From: Octopus bimaculoides
Lineage: Eukaryota
Direction of reading: 5' to 3'
NCBI RefSeq assembly: GCF_001194135.2
Contig: NC_068988.1
Location: 31,495,171 to 31,559,170 of the forward strand
DNA: 64,000 nucleotides
Shown here: positions 26,860 through 38,177 of the stretch, piece after piece
Layout: each line of letters opens with the position of its first letter
Numbering within the stretch: position 1 is the stretch's first letter
The notes under the pieces: model-generated
Seen by the model: only the letters and a program-made list of their open reading frames with translations
Database searches by the model: none
What the model was told of the DNA's origin: nothing
Program-made: the position numbers and the translations under genes

Positions 26860-27065
26860 GTCGGCGAGCCGGCAGGATCGTTAACGCGTTTGCCAAAATG
26901 CTTAGCGCATTTCTCCCGACTCTTTACGTTCTCATTTCAACTACCACCGAAGTCGATTTTCCCTTCGGGGTCGATAAATTTAGCACTGGTGGAGCACTGG
27001 CGCCGATATAATCGACTGCTTATTCCCTTAGAAATTATTATCCGTGTGCCAAAATTTACAATCAT
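26860..27065 (+). mobile_element. SINE family D copy
   Basis: GGCGAGCCGGCAGGATCGTTAAC head, CCGAAGTCGA..CCTTCGGGGTCGATAAA box and GTGCCAAAATTT tail. Confidence 0.75.
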
Positions 27066-28374
27066 TATTCAGTAACAATTGTTACTATTTAGTATCTTAT
27101 CATGCCGGCTTTTAATCAGAAGTATTCCATCCATAAATATCCAATTTTTATAACGGTACGTACAAATTCTATTATTTTCTGTCTCCTCAGTATTTAAGAA
27201 AAGGTGAGACTTGAGGAGTATTAACTTGCTATAACTAGCAAACAGGTTGCTTTCCCTTTGGTTCTTTAGTGATGAGGATAAAACATGAAAAGCACACAAG
27301 TTTGTTGATATGGAAGTTGTGTTTATTCATTCATTTATTTATTTAACTTTTTACAAACCAAAAGTCACTCTAAACAAGCAGTCGTATGGCATGCAGATAG
27401 TCGACCTACATATGAAGCACAAACTATGAATCCATTTCCTTATGATTATGTTCGACATTCCGAAATACAATGATTATTCATATCGAGTGTAGCGTGACAT
27501 TCAGTCTTGACATGATGTATTTTCTCGACTGTCCTGTCTATTCTAATATAACCAAGGCAAGTAAAATGGATTCAGTGTGCGGTAACTCTTGCTCATCTGC
27601 ATTTCATTTTGGGAATATGCACTCCTACTACTGAAGCATTAGAATTTGGAAATATTTTGGTGTAAATGTTTGTTGTTCTTTTGTAGTTGTCTGGGTTGGA
27701 TGGATGTAGAGTAAGATCGTCTATGTAGTCTAATTTAGAAAAAATCTGGAAGGCCGAGAGTTCATTTCAGGTGAAAAGAATGTTTTTAGAATTTTGAATT
27801 ACGGCTACAAGAATGTCATATCTCATGATAATATTCTCTAGTTACGCAAAAGTAATTTTAATGTTAGTGATATTGTACTGTACAATTTTAGATTATTTTT
27901 GCGTCACGTTTGGAAAGATTAGGTTTGTGTATAAAGCTTTTGATTTTTAAATGCATTCTGTTGGGAAATTGTTCTACTGGAAATGGAACTAGTAACAGAA
28001 ATTTCCTCAGATATCGTTGCTGGTATTATTTTTTGTTATCACCATTGTTCTTTCCACTTAAATTCGTGTGTATTTCTAGAATATGTGTATATCGTCTTGT
28101 TTGTTACTATTTGTCGAAATGTTTTGCAGATTTGTTAGAAACTCGCCACTATGGATGTTTTAGATACTACTTTACAGAGATTAGGATACATTTTTGTTCT
28201 CTGGCAGTATTCAAACATGATTGAGAAAATATTTCTATATCGAGAAATTAGCATTCGATTGGCATTCAGCCGTCCCCATCTTGTATCTTTTTTGGATTAC
28301 AGACAAATGTATCGTACATAACAATTCTACTTCAAGCATTATTTTATAAAGCAATCAAATGCATACAAAAATAT

Positions 28375-28560
28375 TAGTTTCAAATTTTGGCACAAAGCCA
28401 GCGGTTTTAGGGAGGGCAAAGTCGATTGAATTGGAGCATAGAGACAGACAAAATATCGCCAAGCATCTTCCTTGGTGTGCTAAAGATTCTGCCAACTTGA
28501 CGCTTTTATATGCAGAAATATTGGCAATTAATATGTATAAAACTTTTTACATGTAGACAA
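28375..28560 (-). mobile_element. Degenerate SINE family D copy
   Basis: TTCAAATTTTGGCACAAAGCCAGC..GTCGATT and GATTCTGCCAAC match the reverse-complemented D tail and head. Confidence 0.6.
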
Positions 28561-28750
28561 GGGGCTCATCCACAGTTATTCCATATACTTGTAGAGCACC
28601 ATTACACCTTCAAAGTAGTCAGTTATTTTAATTTATTTCCACTCATCCCCAAATGGTGGCAAATACTGGACATTTCCATGGTATTATATCTTGATGTTAC
28701 TACAAACAAGAATGATATTAAGTGTACAGTTCGCTGTCTTTCTTTACCAG

Positions 28751-28787
28751 TTGGTGAGTGTTTAGAAGAAACAGTCAACAGCCACAG
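28751..28787 (+). CDS. Candidate 37-nt micro-exon (xGECLEETVNSHx), gene unknown
   Basis: Acceptor tcgctgtctttctttaccag| and donor CACAG|gtatgc; a single open frame. Splice signals only. Confidence 0.25.
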
Positions 28788-30370
28788 GTATGCCTACGTT
28801 TCATTTGTGGATGGCGTTTTTTATGTGGTAGCTGATTTTACTTATGAAATCGGAACGTGTTGACTATGAAAAAGCGTTCCAGTTCTTCGCTCAGTGAAAG
28901 CGAATACTCTTGTATTATAAGACAGGCATTAAAGAGTAGATTGGCAGAAACTTTATATCATCGGTCATCTAACTTACGTTATATATTCCAGATCTTTATG
29001 TTCAGAGTTTAGATAAATTCCCAGTTCAATTTTGTTGTTTTTCCTTCTGGAAGTGATAAATGGAGTACCACTCAAGTTCTGAACCAATCTAACCGATCAT
29101 GGCCGCTCTATCATCATTTTCCTTATAGCTTTCCTATTCAGATTAAAATTTTTGCGTTTGCTTCAAAATTAGATATGTTAATTAAAATTATATTAATCTT
29201 TTTCATATCATCCGAAGCAAGTATAAGCAGCCAAAAGTACAGTGTACACCAATACACAAGGCTCCATCGCAATTATTTCTTACTCGTAGTAACTATTCAC
29301 ATTCCAAAATCCACCCTTCGTAGTTACTTAAATACTTTAGGTATGTATGTATGTATGTATCTTTCTCTCTTTCTCTCAATATATATATATTTATATATAT
29401 AATATATATACACACACACATATATATNNNNNNNNNNNNNNNNNNNNNNNNNNNNNNNNNNNNNNNNNNNNNNNNNNNNNNNNNNNNNNNNNNNNNNNNN
29501 NNNNNNNNNNNNNNNNNNNNNNNNNNNNNNNNNNNNNNNNNNNNNNNNNNNNNNNNNNNNNNNNNNNNNNNNNNNNNNNNNNNNNNNNNNNNNNNNNNNN
29601 NNNNNNNNNNNNNNNNNNNNNNNNNNNNNNNNNNNNNNNNNNNNNNNNNNNNNNNNNNNNNNNNNNNNNNNNNNNNNNNNNNNNNNNNNNNNNNNNNNNN
29701 NNNNNNNNNNNNNNNNNNNNNNNNNNNNNNNNNNNNNNNNNNNNNNNNNNNNNNNNNNNNNNNNNNNNNNNNNNNNNNNNNNNNNNNNNNNNNNNNNNNN
29801 NNNNNNNNNNNNNNNNNNNNNNNNNNNNNNNNNNNNNNNNNNNNNNNNNNNNNNNNNNNNNNNNNNNNNNNNNNNNNNNNNNNNNNNNNNNNNNNNNNNN
29901 NNNNNNNNNNNNNNNNNNNNNNNNNNNNNNNNNNNNNNNNNNNNNNNNNNNNNNNNNNNNNNNNNNNNNNNNNNNNNNNNNNNNNNNNNNNNNNNNNNNN
30001 NNNNNNNNNNNNNNNNNNNNNNNNNNNNNNNNNNNNNNNNNNNNNNNNNNNNNNNNNNNNNNNNNNNNNNNNNNNNNNNNNNNNNNNNNNNNNNNNNNNN
30101 NNNNNNNNNNNNNNNNNNNNNNNNNNNNNNNNNNNNNNNNNNNNNNNNNNNNNNNNNNNNNNNNNNNNNNNNNNNNNNNNNNNNNNNNNNNNNNNNNNNN
30201 NNNNNNNNNNNNNNNNNNNNNNNNNNNNNNNNNNNNNNNNNNNNNNNNNNNNNNNNNNNNNNNNNNNNNNNNNNNNNNNNNNNNNNNNNNNNNNNNNNNN
30301 NNNNNNNNNNNNNNNNNNNNNNNNNNNNNNNNNNNNNNNNNNNNNNNNNNNNNNNNNNNNNNNNNNNNNN

Positions 30371-30412
<42 letters not shown>

Positions 30413-31426
30413 TGTGTATGTGTGTGATAGTGTGCGTGTGCAAGTGTGTGTGTTTGTGCATGTACTTTATTTCTCTGTATATTTCGATTATAACACTGTA
30501 TACGTTTAAACTTGCCATAAACCTGAGGCAGATTCAACCTAACAGTGGATATGACAACTTAGAACTTTTGCATGATATATGTAGAACATCCCTGAGACCG
30601 TTCACGCAATTTCCGTATACAGAGTCTCTGGTGGAACACGCTTGTTTATCATATCATGCAATGCGATCGAACCAGGAAGATAAATTTTTGAAAAGCGAAA
30701 AAATCTTAACCACTCAAACATTGCTTTGTTTTAATGTGTTTCTAAACAATGCTTTCCGTATATGTCTAAACAACAATATGAGAAGTCGAGATGCAATAGC
30801 AGACGATGTATACACTCCAGAACAACAGCAGACGCAGACATACAATAACATCAGTGCTCATATCAACATTTAAAGCTAAGAGATGAAAATGAGAGTTATA
30901 TAATTATACTCAATTTCAAAATGTTTTAAATGTCTGTCTAATGTTCGTCAATTTTTTTTTTTAATCAATTATATTGATTGGTTCAGACGTTTGACACTTC
31001 TCACTTAATTATTTTTTCTTCAGTCTTCGTTTTATTACGATCTACCAGCAAAACTTTACTTTCACTCACACATCTACAAGCAGAAAATGAAAGAAGTCCT
31101 GGTGTTTAATAAACAAACACTATTACAGACAAGTGAAACCAGAGATTTCTTTTCAGTCAGGTGAAAGAACTGAGAGTAAATAAGTAAAATTTAACTATAT
31201 GTTTGACTGTATTGTTCCACATTCTTCTTTCTCTCCTCCCCCTCCTCATCATGATGACGATAACGATAACGATGATTATCATCATGATTATCTCCATCAT
31301 ACTTATCATCATCATCGGAATTTTAGCATTTATATATTGCTTTAAAATTTTACGATTACCATTTACTTTTCTACATGATTTTCACTCAATATTTACATGT
31401 CCATAGCTTCATTTTTTCTCTCTCTC

Positions 31427-31498
<72 letters not shown>

Positions 31499-32498
31499 AC
31501 TCTGTCTGTCTGTCTGTCTGTCTGTCTGTGTCTCTCTATATATGAAGAGCTGGGTAGATACGAAATGCACTCACATATGTGTATACATACATATATTGTT
31601 ATGGGTGCCTGTGAAGATCTGTATCTATTCTATATGTGAGGTGGTCATACACTCACTAGACAGTGTGCTAAAGCAGCTACACCAGCACCTACCCTAGGCT
31701 TTGTTTTCATTGTTCAGCTGTGTTTTCGAAAGAAGAAACGAAGTCATAATTTGGTCTTCGTCGGGCCGGGACGGGTGCATGCTATTCAAATCTGACCAGA
31801 TGGGTGCGGAATTTCAGCGGCACTTGCCGAAATGTACGGAGCGCGTGGTGAGTCGTCGACGGGGATGGATTTCACCTTCTATCTCGACGATATGCCATAC
31901 CTTTCGTTCAGGGATGAAGGATTCTGCAAAATGTTAATAACAACCGAAGACATACGGGACGCGATTACGAGCTGCACAAGGGTCTGGATGGTTTGCCTTT
32001 CGAGTTTTATTTCTTATGCCAGATTGTTCGGTGATCTCTTGGAGTTTGTCGACCACAACTGGCAGCAAAGTGGGAGGATACCCAATGCTGTGAAGTGTTG
32101 TTTAGTGTTGCTGCTGAGAATTGACTCGAAGAAAGGGAATGAAATAGACAAGTTTAGGCCCATAACTCTGCAAGTGCACATTATAAGATTTTCGCCATGC
32201 AGATAGTCAAGAGGTTAGCGCTTGACGTCGATAAGCTATTCAGTTACTCGCAGACATGTGCTGTCCCCAACAGAATTATCCACGACAACCTCCACCTCAC
32301 GGGCTACATCACAGAGAGGTAAGGAACCTGGCACGGGCGGGGCCCTGGTTAATTTCGATCAATCAAAAGCTTTCAATAGGGTCGACCACCAATACTTTGA
32401 AGCCTTCCTCGTGATAACCGGTTTCAGTCCTTCTTTTTAGAAGCTGGATCGCTGGAAAGTACAGCAACAACTGTTCGATGGTCAAAGTAAATGCCCAC

Positions 32499-32576
32499 GA
32501 GCATATGGCGTAGTGGTTAAGAGCGCGGGCTACTAACCCCAAGATTCCGAGTTCGATTCCAAGCAGTAACCTGAAC

Positions 32577-32632
<56 letters not shown>

Positions 32633-32636
32633 TAAC

Positions 32637-32673
<37 letters not shown>

Positions 32674-32811
32674 TGGAAAAATACCTTAGAAATGAGAACC
32701 TAGGTTCGAAATTTCCCAAAGACACCTGAAGAAGGCTGGAGGGTATATCAGGCGAAACGTTGTGTTAACAACAAACAAAATGAGGACAAATATCCGTCAA
32801 ATGTAAATAAT
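32499..32811 (+). mobile_element. tRNA-Ile(AAU)-like-headed SINE with internal (AAT)n and a hammerhead-containing 3' part; 12-bp TSD
   Basis: A box TGGCGTAGTGG and B box GTTCGATTCC. TGGTTAAGAGCGCGGGCTACTAACCCCAAG aligns to the tRNA-Ile segment TGGTTAGAGCGTGGTGCTAATAACGCCAAG. TSD is GTAAATGCCCAC (32487-32498) / GTAAATGGCCAC (32812-32823); removing the insert restores the RT frame VKVNGHLLESF. Confidence 0.9.
32721..32766 (+). ncRNA. Minimal type I hammerhead ribozyme-like motif (Penelope/retrozyme type)
   Basis: Stem I GACAC (32721-25) / GUGUU (32762-66); core CUGAAGA (32726-32); stem II GGCUG/CAGGC (4 of 5 pairs, after an extra A); GAAA; palindromic stem III ACGU; predicted cut after GUU at 32761. 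Confidence 0.65.
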
Positions 32812-34489
32812 GTAAATGGCCACCTATTGGAAAGTTTTAGCATCGCCCGTTCGGTACGTCAAAAATGCCCTATCTCTTGCACCTTTCGTACAGGCTGGCT
32901 CTCGAGTCATTGCTACGGAAGCTGGATGATTCGCGTGTACTTGAATGCTCGTGACACCTTATGCGGACAACGTTACCGTAATAGTGTTGGGCATATACGA
33001 AATCGAGGTGATCTGCACTGCCCTAAAGGAGTACGAAGTGGTGACAAGAGTAAAGATTAACCGAGAGAAGTCAGTGGGTCCGCAGATCGACAGCCGGAGA
33101 AGTAAGTCCATGCTGACCGAGAGCGACATAGGAAGGACCGGTTAAATTGCTCGTTGTCTGGTATGGTCCGGACGTCCAGAGGTACAAGAACTGGGGGAGG
33201 TGACGAACAGGGTGGCCAGTCTTACCCACAAACAGGCAGAGAGTAAGCTGCCTCTGAAGGGTCGGGTGCAGGTAGCGAATGTGCAAATCGCTTCTGTCAT
33301 CTACTACCGCCTGGCCGTGGTCTCTTGCCTCTGCTTTGTAGCTGATCTAGCTGGAGCGCACACTCTTCCGCTTTCTGTGGAAAGGACGTACTCTGGTCGA
33401 CAGACGGCCCATCTATTAGCAGCCGCTGAGTGGAGGGATGGGCATGTTTTGAGGCTGCAACAGCTCCAACGTTTCCTTAACGGTAAGCAGGTGTGATCGA
33501 TCTTTGTTAGATTGGATTTTCAGCAGCTCGTCATTGACGGAGCGACAGTCTTGGATCAAGCGTACACTGAGAAAGGGCACTTGGTACTTGGAGTGTCGGC
33601 AAGCGATCACAGCTCTCTGACAGTCAGGCACTACGGTTGGTGGAAGTTCTACATTGGGTTTATAAAGGGTATTAATGGCGGTCAAAAGCGACGAGGTATT
33701 CGAGGAAACTTTAATCATAAGCAATTAGCTAGTCTTTTCAGGTGTACTTTCAGGGCGGGACCTATGGATAATTTCTAGCAACCTTTAGCTTGTCACCGTT
33801 ACCGGGGAGCTTACCTATTCGAGACAAGCTCTACAGTCACGGAAGTGCAGCCAGACGGACCTGTCCGATATGTGCACAGGGCGATAAAACTGTCCTGGGT
33901 ACACTCTTCCAGTCCAGGCATTGCTTACTTGTCGAGCTTTGTCGAACAGCAGTTGACGCATGCAGGACGGATCCGGTTATCAGCCAAGTCACTTGTGCGG
34001 TCGCTCCACTACCTGCTTTTGGCCGAAAGCGAAAGTGACAGTGTGGTGGACGAGGTTCAAAGGATTGAAGATAGATACTTTCCTCTCCGGCCAGAATCTC
34101 ATCGATTTGTTTTCAAGTTCAACTTGAAAAGGAAAGTGCGGGTGGAGAGTGAGTGGTGCCCCCTCCCCTGTATTTTAGTTGAAAGTTGGGTGACTGTAGC
34201 GTAGATGGCCCGTATAAATGGGCATACTCTGAACATATACCCGTATAAGCCGGAGGTGTTGAGAAAAAGAAAGGCACCTGCTGAGATATCCCTGGCGGTC
34301 GGGGTAACCAGTAAGTGTACTTGGGTGGAATTCCCCACTTATGGTGAATTTTATTGCTGAATTTTGTTGTTAATTGTTCTTAATTTATTTTATCTACGAC
34401 TTTTTGTGCTAAGCCCTACTTATACCAACTGTATTGTCCCATTTTGCTGTGTGTTCGTCACTTGTGGCCCATAAAGGGAAGCTGGCAGA

Positions 34490-34735
34490 TGCGTTTGGTC
34501 AGTGTTATTTCGTCCGTCTTACATTCTGAGTTCAAATTCCTTACGGGTTCGATCAAATCAGTAACAGTTGAACAGTTGGGTCAATGTAAGTGACACAGTC
34601 CCTCTCTCGGAAATGTTTCTATTATAGGCACAACACCAGGAATTTTTCGAGGAGGGGCTAGTTAATTACATTAACCCATGTCCTCAGCTGGTACTTATTT
34701 TATCGATTCCGAAAATATGAGAAGAAATGACGACT
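34490..34735. mobile_element. Two SINE family D fragments in opposite orientations
   Basis: Plus strand: CGTCCGTCTTACATTCTGAGTTCAAATTCC..GTAACAGTTGAAC. Minus strand: GCTAGTTAATTACATTAACCC..CTGGTACTTATTTTATCGA. Confidence 0.7.
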
Positions 34736-34736
34736 T

Positions 34737-34788
<52 letters not shown>

Positions 34789-34789
34789 G

Positions 34790-35000
34790 TAATAGGGGAC
34801 CGTATCAGAAGGCACCAAGAAGAATATAAAGGAAATCGGAATAGAGTGCCCAATAGAACTGTTAGAAAAGCTTTGCCTACTTGACACGGCCAAGATAATC
34901 AGGAAAGTATTAGATAGTTGAAAAGAACGGATAGCACGGTACCGTAGGCTGCAAGCAACAAGCCCGTTACGCATGCAAGACCCAGGAGTTCCAACAATAT
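34790..35000 (+). mobile_element. Short 3' end of an R4/Dong-like LINE (ORF C-terminus plus 3' UTR) directly after (AAT)n
   Basis: 34795-34921 reads GTVSEGTKKNIKEIGIECPIELLEKLCLLDTAKIIRKVLDS*, matching the RLE-clade C-terminal QK.CLLGTA.I.RKVL motif. (AAT)n lies at 34739-34787. Confidence 0.8.
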
Positions 35001-35100
35001 NNNNNNNNNNNNNNNNNNNNNNNNNNNNNNNNNNNNNNNNNNNNNNNNNNNNNNNNNNNNNNNNNNNNNNNNNNNNNNNNNNNNNNNNNNNNNNNNNNNN

Positions 35101-35145
35101 TCGACGTCGTAAGCGACGGAGTGCCAACAACAACAACAACAACAA
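35101..35145 (+). mobile_element. 3' tail of SINE family B emerging from a gap
   Basis: TCGACGTCGTAAGCGACGGAGTGCCAACAACAAC is nearly identical to 41085-41120. Confidence 0.85.
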
Positions 35146-35199
35146 TATCAACGATCTATCGAAAATCAAAATCGAAAAGCATGTCGGACAAACAACGAC

Positions 35200-36700
35200 C
35201 TAACTGGACTGTTATATGCATTCTGTAACAATCACAAACGTTATAAGATACACATATGGGCTATGGAAGCAAAAACAAACCTGTAAGGGAAAATGTGACG
35301 GCACACAGACTGGAGAATGTTGTGCACTAATTTATTTTACCTTGGCTAAAAAACCTAAAATTGAAATAGCAAAACTTATAGACAGAATACGCATTGAAAA
35401 TAATACATAATAATGAACCACAAACGAAGGAAAATTACACCGAACCTAATTTTCCAAACATATACCAGCTTACAAAACAGTGCAACAGCTTGCGACTGCC
35501 AGCATACAAGATTTGAAGAAAATGTAGAACAAAGAATGGAACGCGAATAAGAGAATATTGAAAAATATGTACCGAAAATGGCAGGAAAGAAGAATATTTG
35601 AGATAACGGAGCAACAAGTGTGCGATCAAGCTAGACGGATGACAAAGAAAAGTTTGCTAACAGATAGAGAACTCGAAATAATTCAGTGAAGAATATCCGA
35701 AGATAATGACAATGCAGAAGACCGTGGCAGCGCTATTAAAAAATAGCTGACTGAGACAAATACATCTCCTCATACTGCAGAAGAGATAGAAATTAATTTA
35801 CCCCAGATACCAATGAGAACTTACACAGCCATCACAGATGAGGAGAGAAGTGTTGATTGGTTCGTAGAGATATTTAAGTGGGAACATTTTCGAAAGATAT
35901 GTGATTTTAAGAAAGTGAACCGGTAGAAAATCATGCAGCAAACAGGAAAAGTAAACAGGATCTTAAAGCATATCCACACAAACGATATCACTGAAACTAA
36001 TAGATGCATGAAGTTAATTAGTACAGTGGATGCAGGATATATGGGAGTTGAAGTGAGATGAGAACTAAGAAATGGGGATAAAAAGAACAAAGAAATTGCC
36101 AATGAACAATGGTGGATAAGTACGATCCTTGGTGTCATATAATAGATGAAGAGTGATGTGTCAGCATGTGACAAAAGAAGGAAAGTCGAATTGCTGAATC
36201 ATCACAAGTATGACATGGTGAAACAAATGTACAGCGTTGATTTGAAAAGTTAACCGGTAGCAATCGGAGGATTGAAATAGTGTGTGCAATCCAAGGGAGC
36301 AAAAATCACGCGCTATGATCAGCCAAACAAGTAGTGCAGGCAAAACGGACTCTTCAAAGTAGACCAAAGGAGATTTTATCAGGAAATAACTAGAGAAAAA
36401 GAGAAAGATACATGCTGAGGAAAGGCAGATATTTAGGAAAAAGTTATGGGGGAAAGTAGAAACATAGAACCCTAACGCAGAGAACATAGAAAGTAGAAAC
36501 ATAGAGAAAGTAGAAACACAGAATGCAACATGAAAGAAACCAATACAAATCTTATGGAAGAAAATATTAAGATAATATAAGAGGATGTTCTGCGTATCAG
36601 AAGGAAGTTGAGCAAGTGGAAACCGGTAGACCCAAATGGAGTTCATGGCTATTGAGTGAAGAAATTTACTTAATGTCACGAAAGGATAGCTGACCAATGT
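35200..36700 (+). mobile_element. R4/Dong-like LINE, N-terminal half up to the start of the RT, decayed; cut by SINE A
   Basis: YRKWQERRIFEITEQQVCDQARRMTKKSLLTDRELEII, KVNRILKHIHTNDITETN, QNGLFKVDQRRFYQEI and RKLSKWKPVDPNGVHGY*VKKFT*CHERIADQ (KAPGPDG-type motif). Confidence 0.82.
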
Positions 36701-36980
36701 CTAGTGAGTGGATTTGGTAGATAGAAACCGAAAGAATCCTGTCACACATATGTGTGCATGTATGTGTGTTTGTGTATGTTTCTGCCCCTACCACCCCTTG
36801 ACAGCCAGTGTTGGTGTATGTGCACCAAAATAACTTAGCGAATCAGCAATAATCACCGATAGAATAAGTACCAGTCTCAAAAACTATAAGAACTAGGATC
36901 CATATGTTGAACTAAAGTTCTTCAGGGTGTTTCCCCAGCATGGATGCAGTCTAATGACTGAAGCATGGAAAAGATAGAAG
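36700..36980 (+). mobile_element. SINE family A, 5'-truncated
   Basis: GTGAGTGGATTTGGTAGATAGAAACCGAAAGAA...AACTTAGCG..CCGATAGAATAAGTACCAG...CCCCAGCATGG..GCAGTCTAATGACTGAA. Confidence 0.8.
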
Positions 36981-37002
36981 AAATAAACGATATATATATA
37001 TA

Positions 37003-37048
<46 letters not shown>

Positions 37049-37667
37049 TGTGTGCGTGTATACACATCGCTATGCATACATACACATCGCTATGCATACA
37101 TACACACATACATGCATGGGTGTGTGTGGGTGTTTGTGTGTGCATGCGTGCGTGTATGTACGGATTAGAGCTGTAACTTGAACGGTGACGATTTTAACAG
37201 TATTCGACATTTATGAGCGCGTTCTGTGTTTTGGTCATAAATGTCTTATACATAATTGTATTAAATTTCATGACCGTTCACCGTGCAACTAATTGCTTTT
37301 CGTACTTTTGGATTTATTGCAACAAGAGCCACCGAATTTCTGGATAATACTTTTCCCAAATCACATAGTTGTGGGGTATTTGTTACTGGTGGCAGAATGG
37401 TTACGAAATTACGTGTGATAACAAAGGTATAGGAGTACGTTGTTGCTGTTATTTAATACCACGTAAAGTTTTATAAAAGATTTATAAGGCTAACTGAGAT
37501 GTGGGATTGCAATGAGCTGTTTGTGGTGGCCAAAATCATGATCAACTGAATGCGCAGTGAAACCGTTAACCTGCAGTTAACAAAGTATCTATTCTTTTCC
37601 TTCTATGTACTTAACTTTATGCATACATAGATATATATATAAATATATGTATATGTATGTGTGTCTA

Positions 37668-37749
<82 letters not shown>

Positions 37750-38088
37750 NNNNNNNNNNNNNNNNNNNNNNNNNNNNNNNNNNNNNNNNNNNNNNNNNNN
37801 NNNNNNNNNNNNNNNNNNNNNNNNNNNNNNNNNNNNNNNNNNNNNNNNNNNNNNNNNNNNNNNNNNNNNNNNNNNNNNNNNNNNNNNNNNNNNNNNNNNN
37901 NNNNNNNNNNNNNNNNNNNNNNNNNNNNNNNNNNNNNNNNNNNNNNNNNNNNNNNNNNNNNNNNNNNNNNNNNNNNNNNNNNNNNNNNNNNNNNNNNNNN
38001 NNNNNNNNNNNNNNNNNNAACAGAGGAAATTGAAGTGAGAAGAAAACAAAAATGTAGAGAAATTGTGTTCTTTTGTGTGTGGTGTGTG

Positions 38089-38125
<37 letters not shown>

Positions 38126-38142
38126 GAGAGAGAGATAGAGAG

Positions 38143-38177
<35 letters not shown>

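Larger units (their letters stand above)
31640..34480 (+). mobile_element. L1-clade (Tx1-like) LINE ORF2 remnant: 5'-truncated RT plus C-terminal zinc knuckle, many frameshifts, interrupted by a SINE
   Basis: GNEIDKFRPITL, GGALVNFDQSKAFNRVDHQY, VKVNGHLLESFSIARSVRQKCPIS, YADNVT, KINREKSVG, KLPLKGRVQVAN and GSLPIRDKLYSHGSAARRTCPICAQGDKTV. The ends are approximate. Confidence 0.9.

Noticed and set aside
31832-32206. 124-aa ORF as a host gene
   Set aside because: It is part of the frameshifted Tx1-like RT region (FRPITL motif).
32499-32575. tRNA genes here and at 40741, 50690, 53048 and 56740
   Set aside because: No acceptor stem closes, and each runs into a repeated SINE body; they are SINE heads.
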